Assembly (NCBI GenBank): GCA_963725365.1
Contig: CAVRZU010000183.1
Coordinates: 1-53,876 of the forward strand
Direction: 5' to 3'
Length of the DNA stretch: 53,876 bases
DNA from: an uncultured delta proteobacterium
GTDB lineage: Bacteria; Desulfobacterota; Syntrophobacteria; Syntrophobacterales; Syntrophobacteraceae
Of this stretch, positions 40,739 through 51,120 are shown piece by piece. How positions within the stretch are numbered: the first letter of the stretch is position 1; each line of letters starts with the position of its first letter. A model generated the notes under the pieces. That model saw nothing but the letters and a program-made list of their open reading frames with translations. It was not told the origin of the DNA and did not search any database. A program made the position numbers and the translations under genes.

Positions 40739-41392
40739 CTAAGCTACTCCAACGCTCATTTTGCTGACATACTTGATCCAGTCGTTTCCGTAGTAGCCCT
40801 CTGCAACGACGCGAAGAGGATATCCATCACTTATGGGCAGTGCTTGGCCATTGACCCGGTAGGCGAGGAAAACTCGATTGGCAAGAACATCAGCCACCGG
40901 AAACTCTCTTTTGTAGGTACCCTCTGGCCCGGAATAGAAGATTATGCGTGTAACACCACTCTCCATCACGGCCCTACTAAGCAAATCCTTCATGGAAACG
41001 CCTTGCCATCGACCGTAATTGGCAAAAAATCCTGGACAGATCAGGAGTACGTTCTTTTCAACTGACGGGAGGGATAGAATTTCCGAGTAGGTGAGTTGAA
41101 GCGGCGTTTTGACTTTCCCCTCAACTCCCAAACGCCATTCCTGCATGTTCACTTCAAAGTCTGCGAGACCCATCGTCCCAAAATCCTTGAGAGGAGTTAT
41201 TTCCAGATTCTTCGTATCCAATGATTTGGGATCTTTGTCGATCAGGGTCTCTCTTTTCGTTCCCCAAGGCAGTATGATTCTCTCGGCGTTCGAGTATGCC
41301 CAGCGAATGGGCAGTGCCAGAGAACATAAAAATACGCCAGCACCAGTTATAAGCTTGAGCAAGACTTCGAGGAATTCTCTGCGTGTGTCCAT
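40739..41392 (-). CDS. Molybdopterin-binding oxidoreductase domain protein (sulfite oxidase / MsrP-YedY family)
   Basis: Tat-like N-terminus MDTRREFL. Also contains LLICPGFF...RWQGVSMKDLL and AYRVNGQALPISDGYPLRVVAEGYYGNDWIKYV. Confidence 0.7.
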   Translation of the reverse strand: MDTRREFLEVLLKLITGAGVFLCSLALPIRWAYSNAERIILPWGTKRETLIDKDPKSLDTKNLEITPLKDFGTMGLADFEVNMQEWRLGVEGKVKTPLQLTYSEILSLPSVEKNVLLICPGFFANYGRWQGVSMKDLLSRAVMESGVTRIIFYSGPEGTYKREFPVADVLANRVFLAYRVNGQALPISDGYPLRVVAEGYYGNDWIKYVSKMSVGVA

Positions 41393-41665
41393 GAGTCATC
41401 CTTCATTGATCGCCGCGACGTAACCATGTTTGAAAACTATCACAAAGCTAATTCAAACTCCACCCCATTGACGCGGCAGACTGCGAGGATATCTTTTGCT
41501 CAGAGCTATTCTTTGAACCTGCCCGCGTCCTCTACCTCATGGGAGCGGGAATCCGGGGAGGCCACTTTGCCCTCGGATGTTTCGGTTCTCAGGCTTCTGA
41601 ACCGGTTCCATTCACCGGTAAAAATGATAAGAACGAGGCGTGGAGGCTGAACACAGACAATGCTT

Positions 41666-42454
41666 CTACCTGACCTCCAGTAAGAAGTAGGCGAGCGCGT
41701 AGCCTAACGCTATCGCCAGTGCAAATGCGGCTCCTCCTTCAATGAAAACAGCCTGCCTGCGATGATTCATCGATAGTACTCTCGCTCCTATCGGCAGAAT
41801 GGCCAGGAACATCAAAAATTCCCCGAAAGGAATGTACAGGGCAAAGGAATCTCCAAGCATCACATTGGCTTTCTCATACCTCCACAAGTTCGCTCTGTAG
41901 GCGAGGTATTCGTAGAATCCCACCGTTACCGAGGCGGCCAGGCCGGTCAGGAGCGAGGCGATGACCGCCGCTCGATTCGTGGTCATGGATGCTTTGAGCC
42001 ATCGGAACAGGCGCATCGCCGGATAGCCAAGCTCCGCGATCACGCAGGCCCAGGCCACGGGCATCCACAGCGGCGAGGCAAGAAGAACGACGTCGTTGCC
42101 GGTAAGGTAAACCAAACGGCCGTTGGAAATCCAGTGGATGAGTCCCCAGTCCACGAGAATCTCAAAAATGCCCGCCACGAGTCCAAGCTTGAAGAGATCG
42201 GATAAAACCTCACCGCCGCGGCCCTCCAGAACCACCCCCGCCCTGAAGTAGAGGCTCGCGCGAATGCTAAGTCCGGCGTATGCCAAGAATTTCCCCGTCG
42301 GAGAGAAGGCAAAAAGATAGGCGGCAATCAGCGTAAAACCGAGACCGACACTCAGGGCCGCAAGCCAGACACGGTCCGATTTTACCGAAAGCTCACCAAT
42401 GCGGCGAAGAAACTCCGGGTCTTCAAGTCCGCCTTTGTGCTGGCAATGCAACAT
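41666..42454 (-). CDS. Integral membrane protein, unknown function
   Basis: 262-aa ORF with about 7 hydrophobic segments. No motif recognised. Confidence 0.5.
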   Translation of the reverse strand: MLHCQHKGGLEDPEFLRRIGELSVKSDRVWLAALSVGLGFTLIAAYLFAFSPTGKFLAYAGLSIRASLYFRAGVVLEGRGGEVLSDLFKLGLVAGIFEILVDWGLIHWISNGRLVYLTGNDVVLLASPLWMPVAWACVIAELGYPAMRLFRWLKASMTTNRAAVIASLLTGLAASVTVGFYEYLAYRANLWRYEKANVMLGDSFALYIPFGEFLMFLAILPIGARVLSMNHRRQAVFIEGGAAFALAIALGYALAYFLLEVR

Positions 42455-42529
42455 GGTCGATCCTTCGTTTACGGCCTTTCACACGGCGATCCTTCGACAG
42501 GCTCTTCTTTGCGTGAATAAGCATTCTGC

Positions 42530-43033
42530 TTACCCCACCAAACCTTCCCTATCGCGAATGCTCATCATTGTAGCAAGCATGGTGGCCACCAACTTCTTGT
42601 CACCGTCTTTTACAGCGAACACATCTCCTGAGCACACGGTAAGAGTGCGCCCCGGTCTGGTCACTTTCCCAAGTGCAATCAGCGATTCCCCTGCAGCTGG
42701 TGAGAGCAGGTTTATCTTGTATTCGACGGTAAGCACCGCCGCATCAGGAGCCATCAGGCTGAATGCGGCATAGCCACAGGCGGTATCGGCAAGGGTGGCG
42801 ACAATACCTGCATGGATGAAGCCGTGCTGTTGCGTTAAATCGTCTTGGAACTCGATTGATATTTCAACCTCCCCCGGTATCACCTTCGTTAGAGTCGCGC
42901 CAATGGTTTGCATCAGCTTCTGCTTGGAGAAGCTCTCTCGCACTCGCATTTCGTAGTTGTCATCTTGAGGTGCACAGTCCTGCATCGCTTGGCTCCTTCG
43001 TTCGAGAACGGAATCGACATCTATCCCTGTCAT
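42530..43033 (-). CDS. PaaI/hotdog-fold thioesterase
   Basis: Contains QQHGFIHAGIVATLADTACGYAA...VEYKINLLSPA...GRTLTVCSGDVF. The start was placed at the Met just after the lhr stop; alternative starts are 43096 and 42985. Confidence 0.7.
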   Translation of the reverse strand: MTGIDVDSVLERRSQAMQDCAPQDDNYEMRVRESFSKQKLMQTIGATLTKVIPGEVEISIEFQDDLTQQHGFIHAGIVATLADTACGYAAFSLMAPDAAVLTVEYKINLLSPAAGESLIALGKVTRPGRTLTVCSGDVFAVKDGDKKLVATMLATMMSIRDREGLVG

Positions 43034-43040
43034 CTTCGGC

Positions 43041-46000
43041 TTATTCTTGTCCAGATCGTTGTGGACGTGACTCAACATTGTATTTTCTGTACACATTCAA
43101 TTTTGAGCCGTCGTTGACTACATCAAATTGTTTACTGAGATGCCGTTGTAAGTCGGTGATGGATATACCGGTAGAGGTTTCGATGACGATGCGGCGCATC
43201 GGTTGGAATCTTCTTGTGAGCAAATGGTACAGCAATCCAAAGTAAGATTGCAGATGGTCGGAGTTTTCGGGCACATGAAAGATCAGGGTTTTCGCGCTGC
43301 GCCGTGATTCCATGACAAGCTTTGTGCCGTGATAAACGAGATGGGCGCCCGGGACCCTCCGTGGGAGTTTTCCTTTTAGAGCGTCCATCCGTATGCCGCA
43401 AACCGATGCCGGATCTGTGGCGCAAATCCAGTAGACGGACTGCTCCGGAAATTTTATTCTGGAGCATCCGGAAAGCCTCGTGGGAAATAAACTGCGGACC
43501 GGGAACTCCCTCAAAGAAATAGCCGGTCAGGACTTCTCCCGATAGTTCCATCAGCCGCAACGCCCTAAAGATATTTCCCCAACTGAATGCCGGAAGCTCG
43601 TTTTGCAAAAGCTCACGGAATAAGACGCCATACCTGTCCAGGAGCAGCCGCACTCGTTCCTTCTCGCGTTCGGCCCTTGCCAGGAGACCCTCTTCGCGGC
43701 TTGGGCCACTCAATACGCATCCAATTGCCCGCCATCGGAAGCGAACCCTTCCACATCGAAAAGGCGGCTCTACTACCGTACGGCGTCTGCGGCTGCGCCG
43801 GGCCATCAGTGCCGCCGAGTCCGACACTCTGAAGTCGTTGTCGATCCCATGGCGAAGGGACGCGAAAGTGTCGTTGGTGAGCTTGCCCAGCCAGACTTCT
43901 TCCCAGAGCATCTCGGCCAGTTCCGCCAGCCTGATATTGGATAAATCCGCAAGAGTTGAAAAGTTGTAGCGGACCGCCGGGTTTAAAAAGAGCCTGTCGC
44001 AAATCCGAGTATTTCTCTATACCCTCGAATTCGCTTTGCATTCTAAGTGACGGGATGCTCCCCGGAACCTGGTTCGGCATCGTTTTCCGTTACTTTAGCA
44101 GAGGGCCGTACCAGACGAAGAAGCGGCTTAGCCGGCGCCGCGCCCTTCTTGCCAAGCCCAGAGATGGCGGTCCCGGCGATTCCCGACGGCTTCGTGGCAG
44201 ACATGGCCTGCTTCGGTCCGGCGCCTTCCTGAAGAAGATCCAGGTCCGGCTCGAAGGAGAAGAGGACCTGCCGGGAACCGCCGGATTCTTCGTTCCACGC
44301 TTGGCGAACCCGGCCTGCGCCGGCTCGGCGCCCGGCTCGGCGCCCCGATCCAGCGAAGATCGCTTTGATGCATGATGGAGTCCAGCCAGGAAGGATCGTA
44401 AGGCTTTAGGCGCGCCGGAAAAATCTCCGTTTCCCAAAGTTCTGCCGGAACCGGGCAGGAGACGAGTTGCTCTACTCTTCGCAAGAGCCCATCGGGACGG
44501 ATTCGGATTCCGGGGTGACAAGACCTTGCCACAGGGCAAGAAAGGGCTGCAGCTTCTCGATATCCAGGGCGGAGAAGGCGGGTATGGCCGCCGCCCGCGA
44601 AAGCCGGAGCATAACTTCATAGTTTTGGTGTCGCAAAGGCTGTCCTGCTCGTCATTGGCAATGAGAAGTCCTGAAACGAGCTGTTCCGCATCGATCAGCG
44701 CCTCCACGGCTGCCGCCAGCCTGCCGTTGTCCAGACCAAGGGTATCCCACACGAATTCCAGTCTCCGGGGCGAATAGAACTGGAGCCACTGCGAAAGAAT
44801 CGCCGTGAACAGCTCGTCTTGATCCTCGACGTCCGGCGCCGAGCCGGCGCAGGCCGGGTTTGCCAAGCCTGGAACGCAGGACCTGGCGGTTCCCAACGCC
44901 GAGTCCAGCGTCGATATGGGCAGGGAGTCGATATCCCAATACAGGCCTGGCTTAGCCGCGGAAGGTCTTCGATCGCGACGATCAGCGGTTGGGCTGCCTT
45001 CGGCGGGTGGACCGCACCAGCCTGGCGGTAATGGAAGCAGTCATGGTTTCAGGGGCCGTGCCGTGATCGCGCTCAATGACGCCCAGCAGGCTCTGCCATT
45101 CCGATTCAGGCAAAAGAAGCCGTTCCTTTACCCATTCGATCAGGTCGGGTGCGCTATCCGGCGAATAGCCGGGGCTAAGCCGCTGCCGCTTCAGCTCGAA
45201 GCGTTGGGCCAACTCGCTGGAGACCGCCGGGCGCAGCCCGGAAATCGAGACGATCTCATGGAGCAGGTCCGTCCGGAGCTTTGAACTCTTCCCCGATCTC
45301 AGTTGGTCGTCCATGTACATGTACTGGTTGATTTGGGGCCAACTGACGGAGTGCGCCATCGGGCTCGGGTGGCTGGTATGAGCTTCCGACCAGGTGATGG
45401 CGCCCGATTCCAGTTCGGTAAGAATTTTTGCCAGTCCTTCCAGGTCCAGATCATCCCTCAAGCAGGTGCGCCAAGCCTCGAGAAGGATCGGAAAATCCTC
45501 ATACTGGAGCACGGATTCAAGCAGTCTTTGAGAACGAAGCCGGCTCAGCCAGAGCGGCATGCGCTCGCTTAGTTGGCGGCGGGTCAAGAGCAGGGAGCGG
45601 CCGGCGCATTCCCGGAACCTGGCCCCGAAGAAACCGGAGCCCTCGAGTTTATTTCTTATCAACCCGGAAAAGTTGAAGCTGCTAACCAGGGAGAGGATTT
45701 CTTCACCCCCTGCTTCATGAGGCAGTTGCAGCATAATGCAGTCATTGCCGGGAAAGAGCTCCGGCCTGCACCCGTAGCGGCCTTCCCACGCCGCTTCGAG
45801 GGCCATGGCGAACGGCCGGTTTATTCGGCCTCCCCATATTGTGTGAAGCACGATCTGATTTCCGGCGTATCCTCCGGGCCCCGAGCCGACATGCTCTATC
45901 AGCATATGGCGCCTGTGGGGAAGAGAGCCTCCGGTCGCCTCCTTCTGCCTCATCAGAAAGGTAATTAGCCTTTCCAAGGCCCCGGGCTCCAGGCTTTCGA

Positions 46001-47914
46001 AGATGAACGATGAATCGCCGGGACGCAGAACGGACGACCTGGCCCGGAGTAAACCCGAAAGCCTCCGCCAGCCGTTTTTGTCCGTGAGCGATTTTCTATA
46101 GAATTCCTTTACTTCGGGATCTTCGAGCAGTTCATCGGCCGCTTCCAGAAAATCTGCTATCAGCCGTGAAAAATGAGAATCGCGCAGGTTTTCCTCGGCT
46201 TTCCAGAACGGAGGCGCCGCGGCCCCGGCCGAGCCGCTGTGGCGAAGACATCGTTGTGAGTGATCCGCTCGATCTTCCAGTTCTGAGTGCCGAAGGTAAA
46301 CACCTGGCCGATTTTAGCTTCCCAGACGAATTCTTCGTCGAGTTCCCCGAGTTGCGCCCCGCTTTCATTGTGACGCAGATGGAAGTAGCCCCTGTCGGGA
46401 ATGTGCCGCCGGAAAAGTAGACCGCCTGCAGGGCGCCTTTTCTTGCCGTCGCCGTATTGTCGAGTTTATCGACCGCTATACGCGCTTTGAGCTCGCGCAG
46501 CCGGCTGCCGGCATACCGGCCCGCAAGCATCTCGATCACGAGGTCGAACTGCGGACGGCCCAGCGAGTGGTAGGGATAACTGGTTTTAAGCCGGGCATGG
46601 AGCTCATCGAGGTCCCAGGTTTCGACGCCGGTCATGGAAACGATGATTTGGGCCAGCACATCCAGCGGGCAGAGAACGGGATGCACCGCTTCGATGTTCT
46701 GGCCGTAGACTCCCCCAGCCAGTACAGCCGTGTGCAAAATGTCCCGCGAATCGATAGGGAAGAGGGTCCCTCGGCTGACTTCCCCTACCCGGTGCCCTGC
46801 CCTGCCGATCCTTTGAATTGCCGCAGAACCGATGGCGGCGCCTGAATCAGCACTACCTCGTCGAGTGTTCCGATGTCTATGCCCAGTTCCAATGAGTTCG
46901 TGGCGACTATGGCGCGCAGTTTCCCGCCTTGAGCTTGTTTTCCACTTCGGCGCGGATTTCGCGGGAGAGGGAGCCATGGTGGGCATAGGCCAGGGGCGCC
47001 GGTTCACCCTCGTTGAGCAGATGGGTGAGCTTTTCACACAGCCGCCTGCTGTTGGCGAAAATCAGGGTTGACCGGTTCCTTGCCACTATCCCTTTGATTT
47101 CGTCCACAAAAGGCTGCCAGAAATTGTCGCGCTCATCCCAGCCGGCCGCAGCCTCAGGAAACCGAACGGTTATCCTGTAGTCCTTCTTTTGGGATGAGGA
47201 GACGATGCGCACGGGTCTGGCGCCGTATACGGGGCTTGCGGGCACCCCCGTCATCCGGAACCCTCCGACGAATTCGGCTACGGTTTCAAGCGGCCGGACG
47301 GTAGCCGAAAGGGCAATACGCTGGAACTCGCCGGAAAGCGGCGTCAGCCGGTCGACTGCGGTGATCAGATGCACGCCGCGCTTGCTGTTGACCACCGCGT
47401 GAATCTCATCCAGGATAACGGTCCGGATATTGGTCAGCATGGACCGTCCGCCGTGGGAACTGAGCAGCAGGTTGAGGCTCTCAGGTGTTGTGATCAGGAT
47501 TTCAGGGGGCTCGCGCAGCATGCGGCGCCGTTCGGACTGAGGCGTGTCGCCGCTTCTTATGGCGACAGCGATAGATGGCAAATGTTTTCCGGATCGCGCA
47601 AAGACTGCTTTGAGCTCGGTGAGCGGCCCTGTGAGGTTTGTGCGGATGTCGTTATTGAGCGCTTTGAGTGGTGAAACGTAGAGCACACTCAAACGGCCCG
47701 GCGGCCATTTTCCCGTGATCAGCTCATTTATGGCCCACAGGAAGGCGGCCATCGTTTTCCCGCTTCCCGTCGGAGCCGAGATGAGGACGTGCTCTCCTGC
47801 CGCAATTCGCGGCCAGGCAAGCCTTTGAAGCTCGGTGGGCATGCCGATGGCTTCGGCAAACCAACTCGCCACAAGGGGGTGGAAATAATTCAGGGCTGTT
47901 CGATTCATCTCCAT
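43041..47914 (-). CDS. lhr: Lhr-type large ATP-dependent helicase (roughly 1600 aa), with many frameshifts
   Basis: Contains LQRLAWPRIAAGEHVLISAPTGSGKT (motif I), ILDEIHAVVNSKRG (DEIH) and IQRIGRAGHRVGEVSRG (motif VI). The colinear ORF pieces 46907, 46132, 44982, 44090, 43132 and 43041 carry Lhr C-terminal-type sequence. Confidence 0.85.
44273..44332. repeat. Inverted repeat arm 1 inside lhr, followed by a 12-bp tandem duplication at 44321-44344
   Basis: The core 44291-44332 is 40/42 identical to the reverse complement of 44835-44876. Weaker similarity extends about 18 nt further. Confidence 0.85.
44835..44895. repeat. Inverted repeat arm 2 inside lhr
   Basis: See arm 1. The arms are separated by about 500 bp of lhr coding sequence. 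Confidence 0.85.
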
Positions 47915-48349
47915 ATCGGTTTTAAGAATAAGATAGAATTGGTAAGAATTCCAGGCTGTATTAGCTGATAATACAGCGAAAAAAACAGCGAGAATCTTTG
48001 CAACCTATTGATTTCATAAGGTGGCCTTTTTTAGAAAACAACTGAGCATGCAGTGAACGGGAAGCGGGAATAAACAAATAGGACATATAGGACTAATAAC
48101 CCGCAGCGAAACCAGCACACTGAATGGTTGCATCGTATAAACGCATCACTTCGTTCGGGGTTGCGGGCAATGAAGGCAAAAGTAACTCGGCGGCATTCGA
48201 GATTTTTGGCAGAATCCAACCTAAAAATGCGGTTCTGGTGTACGGCAAACAACTTGATGCTTACTATGGACGGATGCCTTTTATGCGTAAACATTCTTGA
48301 GTTCGCGGGGATATGGCTCAAAGGTAATTATCGGATTTGGAGGCGCCCT

Positions 48350-49078
48350 ATGCACGATTGCTTCAGGCTCGGGAGGCTGGTCTACCTTATGACAGCCCTT
48401 TTTATCGCGGCCGGCGTATTTGGCTGTGCAACCACGCCCACAGGTCCATCCGCCCGAGCGGTGGCTCAGGCAGAAAAGACGGTAACGCCCGGACAGGTCC
48501 AGCATCCGGTGTATCAAGGCCCTGGCACGGTCACCTATTATCCTCCGCCCAACAGGATCGACTTGTGCGGGGAGCCCGTACCCTTGGAAAACCAGGAGGT
48601 CATGGAGCGATTCGACAAAGAGTTCACTCTCGTGGTGTACAACCCTGCGCATGTTTATCGGTGGTTAAAACTCAAGGGGCGCTATTTCCCGTCGCTTGAG
48701 GAACGCCTCCGGCGCCTCAACCTGCCCGAAGATCTGAAGTATGTCGCCATTGCGGAAATCGAGCCCCCGCTAAACACCCTGAAGAGAAGATCGGCAGACA
48801 TGCGCTATGACTTCGAGCGATCCCCTGACAGCGCTTTGCAGTATCTGGGGGATCTTTACCGCAATTTCAAGAGTTGGTCTCTCGCCATAGCGGCTTACGA
48901 CTCCGGTGAGAAACGCATTATGGACGAATGCCGCGCGCATGGAGAGAGCGATTGCTACCAGATGATGCTGCCGCAGGAAACAGAGCGCTATGTTTTCAGG
49001 ATCCTGGCGATCAAGGCGGTCCTGAGTGACCCGGCGCGGTACGGGTATGAACTGCCCAAAGGCGCCGGATACCGCTAG
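48350..49078 (+). CDS. Lipoprotein with a divergent lytic-transglycosylase (SLT)-like domain
   Basis: A GGAGG Shine-Dalgarno precedes a lipobox (AAGVFGC). It contains VAIAE, SWSLAIAAYDSGEKRI and LPQETERYVFRILAIKAV. The segment after the catalytic Glu is shorter than usual. Confidence 0.45.
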   Translation: MHDCFRLGRLVYLMTALFIAAGVFGCATTPTGPSARAVAQAEKTVTPGQVQHPVYQGPGTVTYYPPPNRIDLCGEPVPLENQEVMERFDKEFTLVVYNPAHVYRWLKLKGRYFPSLEERLRRLNLPEDLKYVAIAEIEPPLNTLKRRSADMRYDFERSPDSALQYLGDLYRNFKSWSLAIAAYDSGEKRIMDECRAHGESDCYQMMLPQETERYVFRILAIKAVLSDPARYGYELPKGAGYR

Positions 49079-49224
49079 GACCACCAGGGCATCAGGAGGT
49101 CAACATCTCTCCAGACTCCCATTGTATGGAAACATTGGTTAACGTCGGGTAATGGCATCTGCACTCTTGCATGCCGGCATGGTTTTGGCTTAAGCTTAAA
49201 GAGGTTCACCTGTTCGGTGCGGGG

Positions 49225-50115
49225 ATGAATCGGCGAAAGATGAAAAAAGGTTTAAAAAGAGCACTTCTGCTTTGGGTAATCGGGGCCGCTCTGTTCTGTT
49301 TTTTTTCGAGTGGCGTTGCCAATGCTGCCGCCATCGACCGCAGGCTTTATTCCGAGCTTCTAAACTTTCCCACTGACCGAAAGATCGTCGAAGTGTATGG
49401 CGTACCCTGCTTGAAAATATTCCTCCCAAAAGGGCAGTCAATCAGCTACTTTTGTCGTTTTGTGAAATATTTTGATCGGGATTTCAAGTTCTACCGCCAG
49501 CAAATCGCTCTTATAAACCGGCTGGAGCCCATGGCGGAGGTTGGCGGCACCGATAACCTGAGCACGAACGTAGACTTCATCTATGTCCCGCTCAATTTTT
49601 CCATACAGCCGCAGATCCTTCCCGAACGGATTGGAAATATTTCCAACCTGCCGAAATTCGTCCTGATCGATCTCGACAAGCAGTGCCTGGGGCTCTATCA
49701 ATACGGAAGATTGATCCAGCTGTTTCCGGTTTCATCCGGAATCCAAGGAACGCCTGCGAAAAAGTTTGCCATATTGTCCAAGGAAAAAGACCATTATTCG
49801 ACGAAATACGACAATGCCTGGATGCCGTATGCATTGAGACTGTTTGGGGACTATTATCTCCACGCCGGCATTCTTCCAAGCTATGCAGCCTCGCATGGAT
49901 GTATTCGTTTAATTTATGAAAACGCTATTGCCGTGTACGATTGGGCGGAGGTCGGAATGCCCGGCGAGATAATCAAGGCGACCTTAAACCAAAAAAACGG
50001 ACAACCACAACCCCAGAAACTGCTGCCAACCCAGGCTCCACCATCACCCCGGAAACTGCCACCGACCAACACTCTGGAACCCGCATACCGCGACCTTTTC
50101 ATTCCTAAATTCTAA
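49225..50115 (+). CDS. L,D-transpeptidase (YkuD domain)
   Basis: Signal/anchor segment, then YYLHAGILPSYAASHGCIRL, the catalytic H...SHGC(I/V)R motif. Confidence 0.8.
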   Translation: MNRRKMKKGLKRALLLWVIGAALFCFFSSGVANAAAIDRRLYSELLNFPTDRKIVEVYGVPCLKIFLPKGQSISYFCRFVKYFDRDFKFYRQQIALINRLEPMAEVGGTDNLSTNVDFIYVPLNFSIQPQILPERIGNISNLPKFVLIDLDKQCLGLYQYGRLIQLFPVSSGIQGTPAKKFAILSKEKDHYSTKYDNAWMPYALRLFGDYYLHAGILPSYAASHGCIRLIYENAIAVYDWAEVGMPGEIIKATLNQKNGQPQPQKLLPTQAPPSPRKLPPTNTLEPAYRDLFIPKF

Positions 50116-50122
50116 TTTTGCT

Positions 50123-50500
50123 ATGGAAATTAAGCCTATCAAAACGGAAGCTGATTACAGGGCGGCAATGGAAGAAGTAGAACGCCTTTTTGATTCCATA
50201 CCCGGTACTCCGGAAGGGGACCGGCTGGAGGTGCTGGTTACCCTTATCGAAGCCTTCGAAGAAAAACACTACACTATTCCACTGCCGGACCCGGTTGAAG
50301 CTATCCTCTACTATGTTGAGAGCCGCGGACTCTCCCGCCGGGACCTTGAGCAATTCATCGGCGGCCGTGCGCGTGTTTCCGAGATCCTGAATCGAAAGCG
50401 CCCACTCACTATCGGTATGATCCGCAAGCTTCACGCTGGTTTGGGCATTCCGGCAGAAGTCCTCATACAGCCTTACTCTTCAGAAGAGTCCGCTGCCTGA
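50123..50500 (+). CDS. HigA-type HTH antitoxin-like regulator, no adjacent toxin
   Basis: Contains IKTEADYRAAMEEVERLF...EVLVTLIEAFEEKHY and the HTH RRDLEQFIGGRARVSEILNRKRPLTIGMIRKL. Confidence 0.65.
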   Translation: MEIKPIKTEADYRAAMEEVERLFDSIPGTPEGDRLEVLVTLIEAFEEKHYTIPLPDPVEAILYYVESRGLSRRDLEQFIGGRARVSEILNRKRPLTIGMIRKLHAGLGIPAEVLIQPYSSEESAA

Positions 50501-51120
50501 GAATGAGTGATGATCATGCACTCACCCTCAAGGACATACATGGCTTCATCTTTCATTCTCAATAACTGAACTTTATGCGAGGCATCCCTCCGCGTCAAGA
50601 ACTGCGCCCTATCTTAAGCCATCCTGGACGTCAACTGGAACCGGGACATTCGGGATTACTCTCCCGGCCCTTGAAATCTCATTGTCCTAAAAATTTGCCA
50701 CGTTCAGATCATACATTCACGAAAACGTGGCAGGCTTCAGGTTTTACCTCCGGCAAGATATCTTTGCTATCTGACTCTACTCACAACTCGGAGGTCAGTG
50801 GCCCGCTCCTCTGCCTGGTTACTTTTCGAGTGCTTTGTGTAAATCCAAACCCTCGTGTGATAGGAGCGTCTGTGGACTCCCCAAATTTATCTTATTTGCC
50901 AGGTCCAGTCTGAAAGAGCTAATCAAGCTGCTGCACTTGCACCAGCGATTCTTCGTGCATATCTGGTTAAAGGTAAAAAATATTTTACTTTATTCCGTTC
51001 TGAGACATTCCCTTTTCAGACTAGCCTCATGCGGCAAGCGTGATGCATGGATGGGCATCCTGCATTGGGCACCAATTCCATGGCATAGAAAAGTGAAACG
51101 AACAGAAAGGAACTTCAGCC

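Noticed and set aside
48523-48540. Sigma-54 promoter candidates. TGGCAC occurs at 23728, 48523 and 52701, and a TGGCTAAATGTGCC string lies upstream of the CheY-like gene near 5640-5660 on the minus strand.
   Set aside because: None has a TTGC element at the required -12 spacing. The first two lie inside coding sequence.
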